Source: an uncultured Gemmatimonadales bacterium (GTDB taxonomy: Bacteria; Gemmatimonadota; Gemmatimonadetes; Gemmatimonadales; GWC2-71-9). Taken from it: DNA of 64,000 nucleotides. Below, in pieces: positions 21,880 through 32,569 of this stretch (its first letter is position 1; the number at the start of each line of letters is the position of its first letter). Location of the stretch: assembly GCA_963825055.1 (NCBI GenBank), contig CAWGSK010000012.1, positions 352,001 through 416,000 on the forward strand. The letters are read 5' to 3'. Under the pieces are notes generated by a model. That model searched no databases, was not told where the DNA came from, and saw only the letters and a program-made list of their open reading frames with translations. The position numbers and the translations under genes are program-made.

Positions 21880-22608
21880 GTGCGACCCCACTACTTCGGT
21901 ACCGTCATCTTTGACTGTGACAGCACCCTCGCCACCCTGGAGGGCGTCGAAGCGCTGGCGGGTGACCATCACCAGGAAATCACCGCCCTCACCGAAGCCG
22001 CGATGCGCGGCGCGGTGCCGCTCGAGGAGATCTACGGGCGGCGCATGGGGCTGATCGCCCCCTCGCGCGACCTCATCGACCAGGTGGGTCGCGCGTACGT
22101 CGCCTCGCTCGTTCCCGATGCCGACATCGTGGTCGAAACCCTGCGCGGCGCCGGCGTGGACGTCAGGGTGCTCTCCGGCGGCCTCCGACCCGCTGTCCTC
22201 GCGGTGGCGCGCCACCTCGGTGTCCCCGATGACCACGTGGCCGCCGTCGACGTCACGTTCGGCGCGTCCGGGGAGTACCGGGGCTTCGACGAGACCTCTC
22301 CGCTCGCCCGGGCGGGTGGCAAGGGCGAGGTCATTCGCCGGTGGCGGCCGGAACTCACCCCTCCCGTCATGCTGGTGGGGGACGGGGCCACCGATCTCGA
22401 AGCGCGCCCCGACGTCGACTGCTTTCTCGCGTTCATGGGTGTCGCGGATCGCCCCGAAGTCCGCGCCGGCGCCGATGGCGCGATCAACTGCCTCTCGCTC
22501 GCCCCCGTCCTCCCCCTCGTACTGCCCGATCCGCCGGCTGACGCCCGCGGTCGCGACGCGTGGGAACGGGGCAGGGAGCTCGCACCCGACATGTTCCCCA
22601 CTTCCTGA
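21880..22608 (+). CDS. serB: Phosphoserine phosphatase (HAD-IB)
   Basis: FDCDSTL motif I, LSGG, VGDGATDLEA; upstream of serA. Confidence 0.85.
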   Translation: MRPHYFGTVIFDCDSTLATLEGVEALAGDHHQEITALTEAAMRGAVPLEEIYGRRMGLIAPSRDLIDQVGRAYVASLVPDADIVVETLRGAGVDVRVLSGGLRPAVLAVARHLGVPDDHVAAVDVTFGASGEYRGFDETSPLARAGGKGEVIRRWRPELTPPVMLVGDGATDLEARPDVDCFLAFMGVADRPEVRAGADGAINCLSLAPVLPLVLPDPPADARGRDAWERGRELAPDMFPTS

Positions 22609-22619
22609 CCACGACTGCC

Positions 22620-23714
22620 ATGACCCAGTCTTCCTATACCGGGCGTTTTTTCCTTCCCGGGCCCACCGAGGTTCGCGCCGAGGTGCTCGAGGGCCAGCTC
22701 CATCCGATGATCGGCCACCGGGGCAAGGCGATGGAAGAACTCATCGCCCGCCTCCAGCCGATGCTCCAGGACCTTTTCCGTACGGCCCGCCCGGTCTACC
22801 TCTCCGGCTCCAGCGCCACGGGATTGATGGAGGCCGCCATCCGGAACGGGGTGGACCGCAGGGTGCTCTGCCTGGTGAACGGCGCGTTCAGCGAGCGGTT
22901 CTACAGGATCGCGGAGTCCTGCGGTGTGGAGACGGTCCTGCTCCAGGTCCCATGGGGACAGGGACACACGCCGGACATGCTGGCCGACGCCCTCGCGGCC
23001 GATCCGTGCGACGCGGTCACCGTGGTCCATTCGGAGACCTCCACCGGCGCACTCAACCCCATCAAGGACCTCGCGCGGGTGGCGCACGACGCCGGAGCCG
23101 TCCTCCTGGTGGACAGCGTGACCGGCGTGGCGGGCGCGCCCGTCCTCACGGACGAGTGGGAACTCGACTTCGTCCTGACCGGATCGCAGAAGGCGCTCGC
23201 GCTCCCGCCGGGCCTCGCGCTGGGGGTGGCGCAGGAGGGGATTCTCCGGCGGGCGATGGGGCGACCGGGGCGCGGCACGTATTTCGACCTGCTTGAATTC
23301 GAGAAGTACATCCAGAAGAACCAGACGCCGAATACGCCCCCCGTCTCGCTGCTCTACGCGCTGCTCACGCAGCTGGAGCGGATCCGGGCCGAGACCCTCG
23401 AGGCGAGGTGGGCCCGTCACGCGGACATGGCCGCCAGGGTTGTCGATCGCGTCGCGGAATGGCGGGGCCGGGGGATCGAGGTGGACATTCTCGCGCCGGA
23501 AGGATTCCGTTCGCCCACGGTCACCTGCCTGACGGTGGGAGGAACCCATACCGGATCGGCCGTGAACGCGGCCATGAAGGAGCGCGGTTTCACCATTTCA
23601 GCCGGCTACGGGAAGCTCAAGGACGCCACCATCCGGATCGGCCACATGGGTGACCATACCGTGGAAGAACTCGACGACGTACTCGACGCGCTGGAGGAGG
23701 TGCTCTCCGCATGA
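22620..23714 (+). CDS. Class V PLP aminotransferase (AGT/SPT-like), probable phosphoserine aminotransferase substitute
   Basis: FLPGPTEV, HSETSTG, LVDSVT, TGSQKALALPPGL, IRIGHMG; between serB and serA. Confidence 0.88.
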   Translation: MTQSSYTGRFFLPGPTEVRAEVLEGQLHPMIGHRGKAMEELIARLQPMLQDLFRTARPVYLSGSSATGLMEAAIRNGVDRRVLCLVNGAFSERFYRIAESCGVETVLLQVPWGQGHTPDMLADALAADPCDAVTVVHSETSTGALNPIKDLARVAHDAGAVLLVDSVTGVAGAPVLTDEWELDFVLTGSQKALALPPGLALGVAQEGILRRAMGRPGRGTYFDLLEFEKYIQKNQTPNTPPVSLLYALLTQLERIRAETLEARWARHADMAARVVDRVAEWRGRGIEVDILAPEGFRSPTVTCLTVGGTHTGSAVNAAMKERGFTISAGYGKLKDATIRIGHMGDHTVEELDDVLDALEEVLSA

Positions 23715-25315
23715 GCCGGTACCGTATTCTCGTTGCTGACAAGATCCGGATGGACGAACTCGAACCGCTCCAGGATCCCGCGCAGTTCGAGCTGGTCGAG
23801 GTCAGCGGGCTCAAGGGCGATGCCCTTGCGGACGCGCTGGTGGACGCCGATGCCATCCTCGTGCGGAGCGCCACGAAGATCACCCGCGAATCCCTGGCCC
23901 GCACCAGTCGCCTCAAGATCGTCGGCCGGGCCGGTGTCGGGGTGGATACGATCGACGTGGAAGCGGCGACCGAGCGTGGTGTCGCCGTGCTCAACGCGCC
24001 GGCCGGGAACACCGTCTCCGCAGCCGAGCTGGCCTTCGCCCTGCTCCTCTCCCTCGTGCGGCGTGTCGCCGCCGCCGACCGGTCCATGCGGAATGGCGGG
24101 TGGGAGCGCTCGAAGTTCACCGGCACTGAACTGTACGGCAAGACGCTGGGCCTCGTCGGCGTGGGGCGGGTGGGAGGCGATGTGGCCCGGCGCGCGCGTG
24201 CGTTTGGCATGAAGGTGATCGCCTACGATCCCTTCCTGCCGGAGCAGGCCGCCCGCCGCCTCGAGGTGGAGCTGCATGCCCTCGGCGACGTCCTCCGGAC
24301 GGCGGACGTGCTCTCGCTCCACGTGCCGCTCACCGACAAGACCGCCGGGATGATCGGTGGCGCCCAGCTGGACCTCATGAAACGGGGCGCCGTCCTGGTC
24401 AATGCGGCACGGGGCGGGGTGGTGGACGAGGAGGCCCTGATCGAGCGACTGGTGGATGGCCGGATCGGCGGGGCCGCGCTGGATGTGTTCGAACAGGAGC
24501 CGCTGCCGGCCGACCACCCGTTCCGTTCCCTCGACCACGTGGTGCTGACCCCCCACCTCGGTGCCTCAACGGAGGAGGCCCAGCGGAACGTGGCGGTCGA
24601 AATCGCCACGGCCGTTCGGGGTGCCCTGCTCGACGGGGACCTGAGCCACGCGCTCAACGCGCCCGCGATCGGCGGCGAGAAGATGCGCCGCCTCCGGCCG
24701 CTCCTGGTACTCGCCGAGCAACTGGGCAAGGTGGGAGCGGGACTGGTGAACGGCCCGGTCGTGGAGGTGGAGGTGCGGTACGCCGGCGACGTGGACGATG
24801 CGCTGCGGCCGCTGGCCGCCGCGGCCCTCTGCGGAGTCCTCGCCGGCGTGGTGGGTCGTCCGGGGGTGAACATGGTCAACGCGCTGCTGCTGGCGCAGCA
24901 GCGGGGCATTACCCTGAAACGGGTCCGTCTTGATCCCGTGGGCGATTACGCCCAGTTCGTCGAGCTTCGCGTGGCCTGCCGGCAGCGGAAGTCCCGGGTG
25001 GCGGGCGCGCTACTGGCGGCTGCCCATCCACGCATGGTGCGGATCGACGGCTATCATGTCGACATCGTGCCGCGGGGCACCCTGGTCGTGCTGCACAACC
25101 GGGACGTTCCCGGTGTGATCGGACGGGTGGGGAGCGTCCTGGGTGGCGCGGGAGTGAACATCGGGGAGTATCACCAGGCCCGCCTGGAAGCGGGCGGCGA
25201 TGCGCTGGCAACGATCAGTATCGATGGACGGCTGCCGGACGGCGTGGCGGGGCAGCTGCGGGCCCTTCCGGAAGTGACCGATGTCAGGGAGATTGTTCTC
25301 GACACCGGTCACTGA
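23711..25315 (+). CDS. serA: D-3-phosphoglycerate dehydrogenase (long type with ASB and ACT domains)
   Basis: GRAGVGVDTID, GVGRVG, NAARGG, LTPHLGASTEEAQ, NRDVPGVIG ACT. Confidence 0.96.
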   Translation: MSRYRILVADKIRMDELEPLQDPAQFELVEVSGLKGDALADALVDADAILVRSATKITRESLARTSRLKIVGRAGVGVDTIDVEAATERGVAVLNAPAGNTVSAAELAFALLLSLVRRVAAADRSMRNGGWERSKFTGTELYGKTLGLVGVGRVGGDVARRARAFGMKVIAYDPFLPEQAARRLEVELHALGDVLRTADVLSLHVPLTDKTAGMIGGAQLDLMKRGAVLVNAARGGVVDEEALIERLVDGRIGGAALDVFEQEPLPADHPFRSLDHVVLTPHLGASTEEAQRNVAVEIATAVRGALLDGDLSHALNAPAIGGEKMRRLRPLLVLAEQLGKVGAGLVNGPVVEVEVRYAGDVDDALRPLAAAALCGVLAGVVGRPGVNMVNALLLAQQRGITLKRVRLDPVGDYAQFVELRVACRQRKSRVAGALLAAAHPRMVRIDGYHVDIVPRGTLVVLHNRDVPGVIGRVGSVLGGAGVNIGEYHQARLEAGGDALATISIDGRLPDGVAGQLRALPEVTDVREIVLDTGH

Positions 25316-25921
25316 TCAGAGAGATTCGAGCAGCGTCTCCACCGCCAGGACCTCCTCGAGCAGCGCGCCGCGCTCGAGGTGCGCGTCGAACCGGAGCAGC
25401 GCCGCCTCGCTGGAGCGCCGGAGCGCGCTGACCATGTCGGCATCGGCCGCGCGTTCCCGGCCGAAGCGGTGCAGTGCTTCGCGCATGGCCGCCTGTTCCA
25501 CCAGCATCCGCGCGGCGAGGACGAGATTCTTGTGGCATGCCTCTGCGACGGGGGTAATGTGCTCCTCACCCGGCAGGCCGAGCCGGGGCAGCCGGAGCGC
25601 GGCCAGCGCCTCGTCCTGCAGCTCCACGATGGTCGAGAACGGCCGGCCGCGCCGGCGCAGGAACTCGAGCCGCTGGTGTTCCAGCTCGGCCCGGATCGCC
25701 GCCAGGGAAGCCTCGGTGTCCTCCGATTCCTCGTGCAGGACGTCCCACAACCCCGGAATCGGCCACTCATGATGCTCCCGGAGCATCTCCTGCACCGCGA
25801 AACCGTATTCGCCCGTGCGGCGGGCGAACCGTGCGGCTGCCCGGGCGAGCGAACCGCGGGTACGCCAGAGCTCGCGGAAGGTGTCGTACTGCATCAGGGT
25901 ATGCGTGATCTCGGGTGTCAT
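25316..25921 (-). CDS. Hypothetical all-helical protein (201 aa)
   Basis: Host-like codon usage, fills the gap tail-to-tail with serA; no recognised domain. Confidence 0.65.
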   Translation of the reverse strand: MTPEITHTLMQYDTFRELWRTRGSLARAAARFARRTGEYGFAVQEMLREHHEWPIPGLWDVLHEESEDTEASLAAIRAELEHQRLEFLRRRGRPFSTIVELQDEALAALRLPRLGLPGEEHITPVAEACHKNLVLAARMLVEQAAMREALHRFGRERAADADMVSALRRSSEAALLRFDAHLERGALLEEVLAVETLLESL

Positions 25922-26032
25922 GGGGCACTCGCGACTGGGCCGCTGGTGAAGGGGACATCACCATCATCGGCATGACCCGTGCCAGACGGCAGGAAGTTGC
26001 ACCGACACTTAGACTTTACTTCATATTGTCAT

Positions 26033-26061
26033 CGTAAGCATTTGATATATATATCGTTACG
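26033..26061. promoter_or_regulatory. Palindromic motif CGTAAG-N17-GTTACG in an AT-rich divergent promoter region
   Basis: Same spacing as CGTAAG-N17-CTTACG at 44354-44382. Confidence 0.45.
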
Positions 26062-26185
26062 GATTCTGCACACTGTGACTGACTGAGAGCCCCCTCGCGA
26101 GTGGGTGGTCCGCCAGGGCCGTCGTGCTGGCGGCGATGCCGGAATTCGCTATTATCACGCCCCCTTCACCTCCCAGGAGCGCCCG

Positions 26186-27805
26186 CTGGTCCCGACCATC
26201 GTTCGTACCCTGCGCGGCTACCGCCGGGAGCAGTTCGCCGCTGACCTGGTCTCCGGGCTCATCGTCGGCATTGTCGCGATTCCTCTCGCCATCGCCTTCG
26301 CCATTGCCAGCGGCGTCACGCCCGACCGCGGGCTGGCGACCGCTATCGTCGCGGGATTCCTCATCTCCGCGCTGGGCGGCTCGCGTGTCCTGATTGGCGG
26401 ACCCACCGGCGCCTTCGTCGTCATCGTCTACGGCATCGTCCAGCAGCACGGTCTCGAGGGGCTGCTTCTCGCCACGATGATGGCCGGACTCCTCCTCGTG
26501 ATGTTCGGCCTCGCCCGTCTCGGGACTGTCATCAAGTACATCCCGTATCCCGTCACCCTCGGCTTCACCAGCGGCATTGGCCTCGTGATCTTCGCCGGTG
26601 AGGTGAAGGATTTCCTCGGGCTCGAGATGGGCAGCCTTCCACCGGGGTTCATCGGGCGCTGGGGGGCATATGCTGCGGCCATCGGGACGGTGAACTGGTG
26701 GGCGTTGGGGGTGGGACTGTTCGCGCTGGCCATTCTTGTATGGTGGCCCCGCGTAAGCCGGGGCGTGCCGTCACCCTTCGTTGCCCTGGTGGCAAGCACG
26801 CTGGTGGTTTACCTGGCCGGATTGCCGGTGGAGACCATCGGGGACCGGTTCGGCCACCTGGGCGGCGGACTGCCGCTGCCCCGGCTCCCCCATGTGGACC
26901 TCGCCCTGGTCCCGGCGCTGATCGGTCCCGCGCTGACGATCGCGGTGCTGGCGGCCGTCGAGTCGCTGCTGGCCGCGGTGGTGGCCGACGGCATGATCGG
27001 CGACCGGCACGACTCCAACATGGAATTGATCGGGCAGGGGATCGCCAACCTGGTGACGCCGCTCTTTGGCGGCATCCCGGCCACCGGGGCCATTGCCCGG
27101 ACCGCGACGAACGTCAGGGCCGGCGGTCGCACCCCGGTGGCCGGGATCGTGCACTCCGTGATGCTTCTCTTCGTCGCGCTCTTCATCGGGGGGCTGGTGG
27201 AACGGATCCCACTTGCCACGCTCGCGGCCATCCTGATGGTGGTGGCCTGGCATATGGGGGAGTGGGGTGTCTTTCGCGCCGAGCTCAAGGGACCGGGGAG
27301 TGATGTCGCCGTCCTGCTGACGACTTTTGCCCTGACGGTGCTCGTGGATCTGACCGTGGCCATTGAGGTCGGGATGGTGCTGGCCGCGTTCCTCTTCATG
27401 CGGCGGATGTCGGAAGTGGCAAGCGTATCACTCGTCTCGACCGACGAAGCCGGGCAGGGGACGATACCTGACCTGCCGAAGGCGGTGGCGGTCTACGAGA
27501 TCGATGGACCGTTCTTCTTCGGCGCGGCGGAAACATTCCGGGAGACAATGCATGAGCTGGCGGAACGCCCGCGGGTCCTGATCCTCCGCCTCCGCCACGT
27601 TCCGGTGATCGACAGCACGGGGCTTCATGCCCTGCACGACCTGGTGCTCCGGTGCCGGGCGGACGGTACGCGTGTCATCCTGAGCGGGCTTACTCCCCGC
27701 CTCCGCGGAATCATCGAGCGGTCGGCGCTCGGGACCCAGCTCGAGCCCGCGCAGTTGTTCGGGGATTTTGAGGAGGCGCTGGAGGAGGCGCGGCGCCTGG
27801 TCTAG
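26186..27805 (+). CDS. sulP: SulP-family inorganic anion transporter with STAS domain (start uncertain: CTG 26186 or GTG 26105)
   Basis: ADLVSGLIVGIVAIPLAIAFAIASG, IGGPTGAF, GGIPATGAIARTATN, YEIDGPFFFGAA, IDSTGL. Confidence 0.93.
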   Translation: MVPTIVRTLRGYRREQFAADLVSGLIVGIVAIPLAIAFAIASGVTPDRGLATAIVAGFLISALGGSRVLIGGPTGAFVVIVYGIVQQHGLEGLLLATMMAGLLLVMFGLARLGTVIKYIPYPVTLGFTSGIGLVIFAGEVKDFLGLEMGSLPPGFIGRWGAYAAAIGTVNWWALGVGLFALAILVWWPRVSRGVPSPFVALVASTLVVYLAGLPVETIGDRFGHLGGGLPLPRLPHVDLALVPALIGPALTIAVLAAVESLLAAVVADGMIGDRHDSNMELIGQGIANLVTPLFGGIPATGAIARTATNVRAGGRTPVAGIVHSVMLLFVALFIGGLVERIPLATLAAILMVVAWHMGEWGVFRAELKGPGSDVAVLLTTFALTVLVDLTVAIEVGMVLAAFLFMRRMSEVASVSLVSTDEAGQGTIPDLPKAVAVYEIDGPFFFGAAETFRETMHELAERPRVLILRLRHVPVIDSTGLHALHDLVLRCRADGTRVILSGLTPRLRGIIERSALGTQLEPAQLFGDFEEALEEARRLV

Positions 27806-27810
27806 GAACT

Positions 27811-27893
27811 GGTCGAGTAGGTCAAAGGTCGAAAGTGAAGGGTCGCAGGCCGCCGATTCGCGACCTGCGACCTTTGACCTTTGACCTTCGACT
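27811..27893. repeat. Heptamer-arm fold-back (GGTCRAA / TTYGACC)
   Basis: ggtcaaa ggtcgaa agtgaag ggtcgcaggccgc .. gcgacctgcgacc tttgacc tttgacc ttcgac; between convergent genes. Confidence 0.85.
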
Positions 27894-29645
27894 TCAGGGC
27901 CCGAAGGCGGCGAACACCGCGTCCATCGCCCCCTCGAAGGGCTGGAGGTGTTCATCCGGGGCCAGTCGGTCGAGTTCGTGTTACCGACCGCGTACAGAAC
28001 CCCGTGCGGGCCGGCAGCCAGTCCGCGGCCGGCGTCGAGTCCGCTGCCGCCCAGCGTGGCGCTGAACCGCAGTTCCTTGCGGAGGTCCGAAGACAGCAGA
28101 ACCACGAAAGACCTCCTGCCCGCCGCGGGCAGTCCCGGCCTGGCCGTGTTCGGGAAATTGGCGGAGGTGGTGGACCCCCAACGCTGATCGATCCGTCGGG
28201 TCTGATGGCGATCCCCTGGGTCAGTCTCATCGCCACTGCCACCGAGATACGTGCTCGCGCCCAGCGATCCGCCAGGCGTGATCCGCGTGACGAAGCTTTC
28301 GCTTCCTCCAGCTCGCGAGGCCTGAAAGGCGCCGGACGTCGTCGGGAAGTCAGATGGAGTTTGTCACGGAACTGACGTATGCGTTCGCCGGCAGCGTTCA
28401 CGGCAAGTGAGTGTGTCTCGAGGGATTCATTCCCGCTTCCGCCGATGTACGTCCCGTACCGAAGGGACTGTCCCGTCGTGCTGAATCGTGCGAGATACAG
28501 ATCCTCGGCTCCGCCCAGAGACTTGTCGAACCCGGCGGGCGTGGGCATGTCCGGGCTGTCCGTCGAGGTCAGGTAGTACACATCGCCGACTGGCATCGAC
28601 GCCAATGGATGGTGTTGCACCCTCGTCGCCTCTGCCCCCGAGATAGGTTGCCCAGAGCACGCGGGAGCCGTCTGGGGAGATCTTGGCCAGGACCCCATCC
28701 CGGCCGGCGTGGGGCGTCGCCTGATATGCGCCGACAAACCATGCCGCCGGAAAATTACCCGAGTCGTGAGCGCTGGCGCACATAAATGTTGCCGCCCGGC
28801 GTCGACGGCGACGTCGCGAACAATCCACGGATCGCTGGTACCGAAGTAGCTGCAGAAGATGATCGCGGTGCCGTCCGGGCGGATCTTGCAGACGAAGCCG
28901 TCCTGGGGTCCGTAGGCGTCGGTCGGCAAGACTCCGCCCTGAAAGGCGGTCTGGAACGCACCGGTGGTGACCGGAAACCCGGCGCCAGCGCGGCCGGCCA
29001 CGACCACGTTCCCCGAGCCGTCCACCTCGACCGCATAGGCACGCTCGTAGTTCGGACCGCCCAGGAAGGTCGACCAGAGCACTGTCCCTGAGGGGGAGAG
29101 CTTGACGATGAAGGCATCGCTCGTGCCCCCAAAGGAGGGGCCGAGCACGCCCGCGGTCGTGGGGAAGTCGGGCGAGTAGGTGCTGCCGACCACATAGATG
29201 TTGCCCTGGGCGTCGACCGCGACGTCCCGCGCCATGTCCTCATCGGATCCGCCCAGGTAGCCGGCAAGCAGCTCGTGCAGGGTCGCCGTGCCGGTCGTCG
29301 TGATCGTAACGGTGGCGGTGGCGCTCAGCGCTGCCCTGGCTGGCCGTGATGGTCACGCTTCCCGTCGTCAGGGCGTGGACCACACCCGCCGCGCTCACCG
29401 TCGCGCGCTGCGGGTTGGACGACTTCCAGGTGATGGTGCCGGCGCAGCGGCTGTCCGTCCGCGTCCGTGGCGGTGGCCGAAAGTGCGAGGGACTCTGACA
29501 CGGCCAGGGTGGCCACGGAAGGGCTCACGGTGACAACCGGTTCGCCAGAACCGGGGCCGGTGCCGTCACTGCAGCCCGTCACCGCCAGCATCAACGTCGC
29601 GGCGAGGGCGGACAGGGTGTATCGAAGTGGAATGATAGTACGCAA
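27894..29645 (-). CDS. Lipoprotein with Big_2 Ig domain and SBBP beta-propeller repeats; multiple apparent frameshifts
   Basis: TTG start after GCAGGAG; lipobox AVTG-C; 'VTVSPSVATLAV..SATATDADG' (Big_2); repeats 'VAVDAQGNIYVVGSTYSPDFPTT..DAFIVKLSPSG..WSTFLGG'. Confidence 0.8.
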
Positions 29646-29855
29646 GCGACTGTCTCCTGCTGCAAAGCGGCCGGATTCCGGCGATCTGCCGGGCGGTCTC
29701 GCCTGATATACATGTTGAAAAGGCGCCCGCCGCAGCCAATCGCGCGCAGACCCTTCCGATAATAGTGCATAACATATGCCGGCCCGGCGATGCCTGGCGT
29801 GACCGAAGTCACATGGCGGGTTGTGGGGTGTCCCGGCGGAGCCGTACCTTGGAGG

Positions 29856-31137
29856 ATGCATACCACCCTCGCCGCGCTGGCCGTCGTCACGGTGGGCTAC
29901 ATCCTCGCCCATTTCGTTTTTGACAAGCTGCGCAGCCGCCTGGGCTATGCCGGGGGGGCGGAGTACCTGTTGCTCGGGTTCCTCCTGGGCCCCAGGGTTT
30001 CCGGATTCCTGAGCGAGGACGCCGTCCGCGACCTGACGCCCCTGGTGAGCCTGGCGCTCGGATGGCTCGGCCTGTCGCTGGGGATGTATTTCCGTCTTCC
30101 CACGCTGGCGCTGGTGGAGTCCAGCTACCTGGGCATCGCCTTCGCGGAGGCGCTCGGGACCTTCGTCGTGGCGCTCGGGCTGCTCTTCGCGCTCTTCCAC
30201 TACTTTGCCGGCTTCCCGATCGAGACGACCCTGGTGGCGGCCTCCACCCTGGCGGCCATTGCGACGCTCAGCTCGCCGGCCGCCATCGATGCGTTCTCGG
30301 GGCAACCGGAAGCGCGCGGCTCACCCGCTCTTTCCCGTGCTGCAGTTGACGGCCCGGATTGACGGGCTGGTCGGCGTGGTCGCGTTCGGGGTGGCGCTCG
30401 CGATCTTCCACCAGGGCGACGTGGCGCCCGGGGTTCGCCCACCGACCGCCACCGAGTGGGCCGTGATCAACATCGCCGTGGGTGTAGCGAGCGGCGTGCT
30501 CTTCCATCTCTTCCTGGGGCCCCGCGACCAGATCGCCGAGGACGACGGCGAGAGCCGCCTGTTCGTGGCGCTGGCGGCGGCCATCGTCATCGCGAGCGGG
30601 GCGGCGTACTACCTCAACCTGAGTCCGATCTACACCAACCTCATCCTGGGCTTCATCCTGGCGAACACGGGCAAGGCCCACACGGCCGCCAGGGAGCTGC
30701 TCGCCGGAACGGAGCGCCCGGTCTACCTGGCCCTGCTCATCTTTGCCGGGGCGGCCTGGAGTTCGGCGCATGTCGACCTGCTCTACCTGGCGCCGGCATT
30801 CGTGGGCCTCCGCCTGCTGGCCCGCCTGATCGGCGGCCGTGTGGCCGGCACCCTCGCGGCCCCGTCCGCGTTGCGATCCCCGAGCATGGGCCGGGCGCTG
30901 CTCGCGCAGGGCGGTATTGGTGTCGCGATCGCGCTCAACTACGGGCAGGTGTATCCCGACCAGCACCATGAGGTGGTCCTGACGGCGGCCATCCTGTCCG
31001 TCCTGCTCTTCGAGATCGCCGCTGCAGCGGAAACCTCCATCTTCCTCTCGCCGAAGGCTGCGCCGGAGGAGGAGGAAGGAGGGGCGGACGTCGAGGGGCG
31101 CCCTGGTCCGGTGATCGGCGAGGCGGCGGCCTCGTGA
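29856..31137 (+). CDS. Cation:proton antiporter (CPA2-like) membrane protein; one frameshift near 30310
   Basis: EYLLLGFLLGP, ALGWLG...G, TERPVYLALLIFAGA, LLAQGGIGVAIAL; ORFs 29790-30362 and 30205-31137 join. Confidence 0.72.
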
Positions 31138-32519
31138 TGCGTCGCCTGGTGGTGCTCGCGCTGCTCATCGGCGGTGCGCTCCTGCTCGAGCCGCTCCGGG
31201 TTCCCACCGAGTCGGTCATCGCGCCGCGCTCGCTCTTCCTGTTCGGCCTCCTGCTGCTGGTGGCCGACACGCTGGGCGCGCTCATGCACGACATCGGGAT
31301 CCCCCGGATCGTGGGCTACGTCGCCGCCGGCATCCTGCTCGGGCCGTCCGTCACCAACGTGGTGCCCTCGAGCGTGCTGAGCGACATGGGCATGATGCAG
31401 AGCCTGGCCGTGGGCCTGATCGGGCTCCTCGCCGGCGCCGAACTGCGGCTCTCGGACCTGCGCGAGCGGTGGAGGTCGATTGCCTCCATCCTCCTGTTCC
31501 AGATGCTGTTCGTGGTGGTCTTCCTGACGGCCGCGGTCATGCTGGCGCGCCCCCTGGTGCCGTTCCTGGCCGGACTCGGTTTTGTCCCGCTGCTGCTGGT
31601 CTCCCTCGTGCTGGCGAGCATGCTGACCGTGAACTCCCCGATGGTCACCATCGCGCTCCTCACCGAGACCAGGGCGTGGGGGCCGGTGGCCAAGACGACG
31701 CTGGGCGTGGTGCTCGTGGCGGATGTCGTGGTCATATTCCTCTTCACCGGGGTGCTGAGCATCGCCCAGGCCTCCTTCGGGGGTGGGACGGTGGGGTTCC
31801 TTCCGGTGCTCGGGGGGCTGCTCCGGGAGGTGACCGGGGCGATCCTGGCCGGGGTGATCATCGGCGCGCTGGTCTCGGCGTACCTCAAGTACGTGAAGCG
31901 CGAGCTGGTCGTCTTCGTGGTCGTGGTGGTCTTCGCGGTCACCGCCCTGGCCGAGGCTCTCCATTTCGAGTTCCTGCTGAGCCTGCTCGTGGCCGGGTTC
32001 CTGGTCGAGAACGTGGCGCCGGTGCGGGCCGAGCCGTTCGTCAGGGTCCTGGAGCAGATCTCCTGGCCCATTTTCGTGGTCTTCTTCGCGCTGACCGGTG
32101 CCGAACTCCGTCTGTCGGCGTTTGCGACCCTGTGGCCGGTCGTCGTGATCGTGGTGCTGGTCCGGCTTGCCGCCGTGGTGCTGGGCACCCGGGTGGGGGC
32201 GGCCCTGAGCGGCGCGGAGGAACCGGTCCGGCGGTACGGGTGGTCCGGGCTGGTGAGCCAGGCGGGTGTCGCGCTTGGGTTTGCGAGCCTGGTCGCGACC
32301 AGGTTTCCGGACGTGGGGCTGGGGTTGCAGGCCGTGACGGTGGGGGTGATCACGGTGAATACGAGCATGGGTCCGATCCTCTTCCGGCTGGGGCTGACCC
32401 GGGCCGGGGAAGTTTCCGGTGGGGAGGGGGCGGAAGTCGATGCAGGAGCGGCGGATGGGGCCTTGCATTCGGGTAGTGAAGCGGTTAGCATACCCGCCCC
32501 TCGCGAGGAGTCCGCGTAG
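31134..32519 (+). CDS. Cation:proton antiporter (Na+/H+ exchanger family, CPA2)
   Basis: IPRIVGYVAAGILLGPS, AGAEL, GPVAKTTLGVVLVADVV, FVVFFALTGAEL, SQAGVALG. Confidence 0.88.
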   Translation: MMRRLVVLALLIGGALLLEPLRVPTESVIAPRSLFLFGLLLLVADTLGALMHDIGIPRIVGYVAAGILLGPSVTNVVPSSVLSDMGMMQSLAVGLIGLLAGAELRLSDLRERWRSIASILLFQMLFVVVFLTAAVMLARPLVPFLAGLGFVPLLLVSLVLASMLTVNSPMVTIALLTETRAWGPVAKTTLGVVLVADVVVIFLFTGVLSIAQASFGGGTVGFLPVLGGLLREVTGAILAGVIIGALVSAYLKYVKRELVVFVVVVVFAVTALAEALHFEFLLSLLVAGFLVENVAPVRAEPFVRVLEQISWPIFVVFFALTGAELRLSAFATLWPVVVIVVLVRLAAVVLGTRVGAALSGAEEPVRRYGWSGLVSQAGVALGFASLVATRFPDVGLGLQAVTVGVITVNTSMGPILFRLGLTRAGEVSGGEGAEVDAGAADGALHSGSEAVSIPAPREESA

Positions 32520-32569
32520 CGGGTGATCGCAGGGGTCGGAAGGAGTTGTGGCGTAATCGTTTCGTGGCC

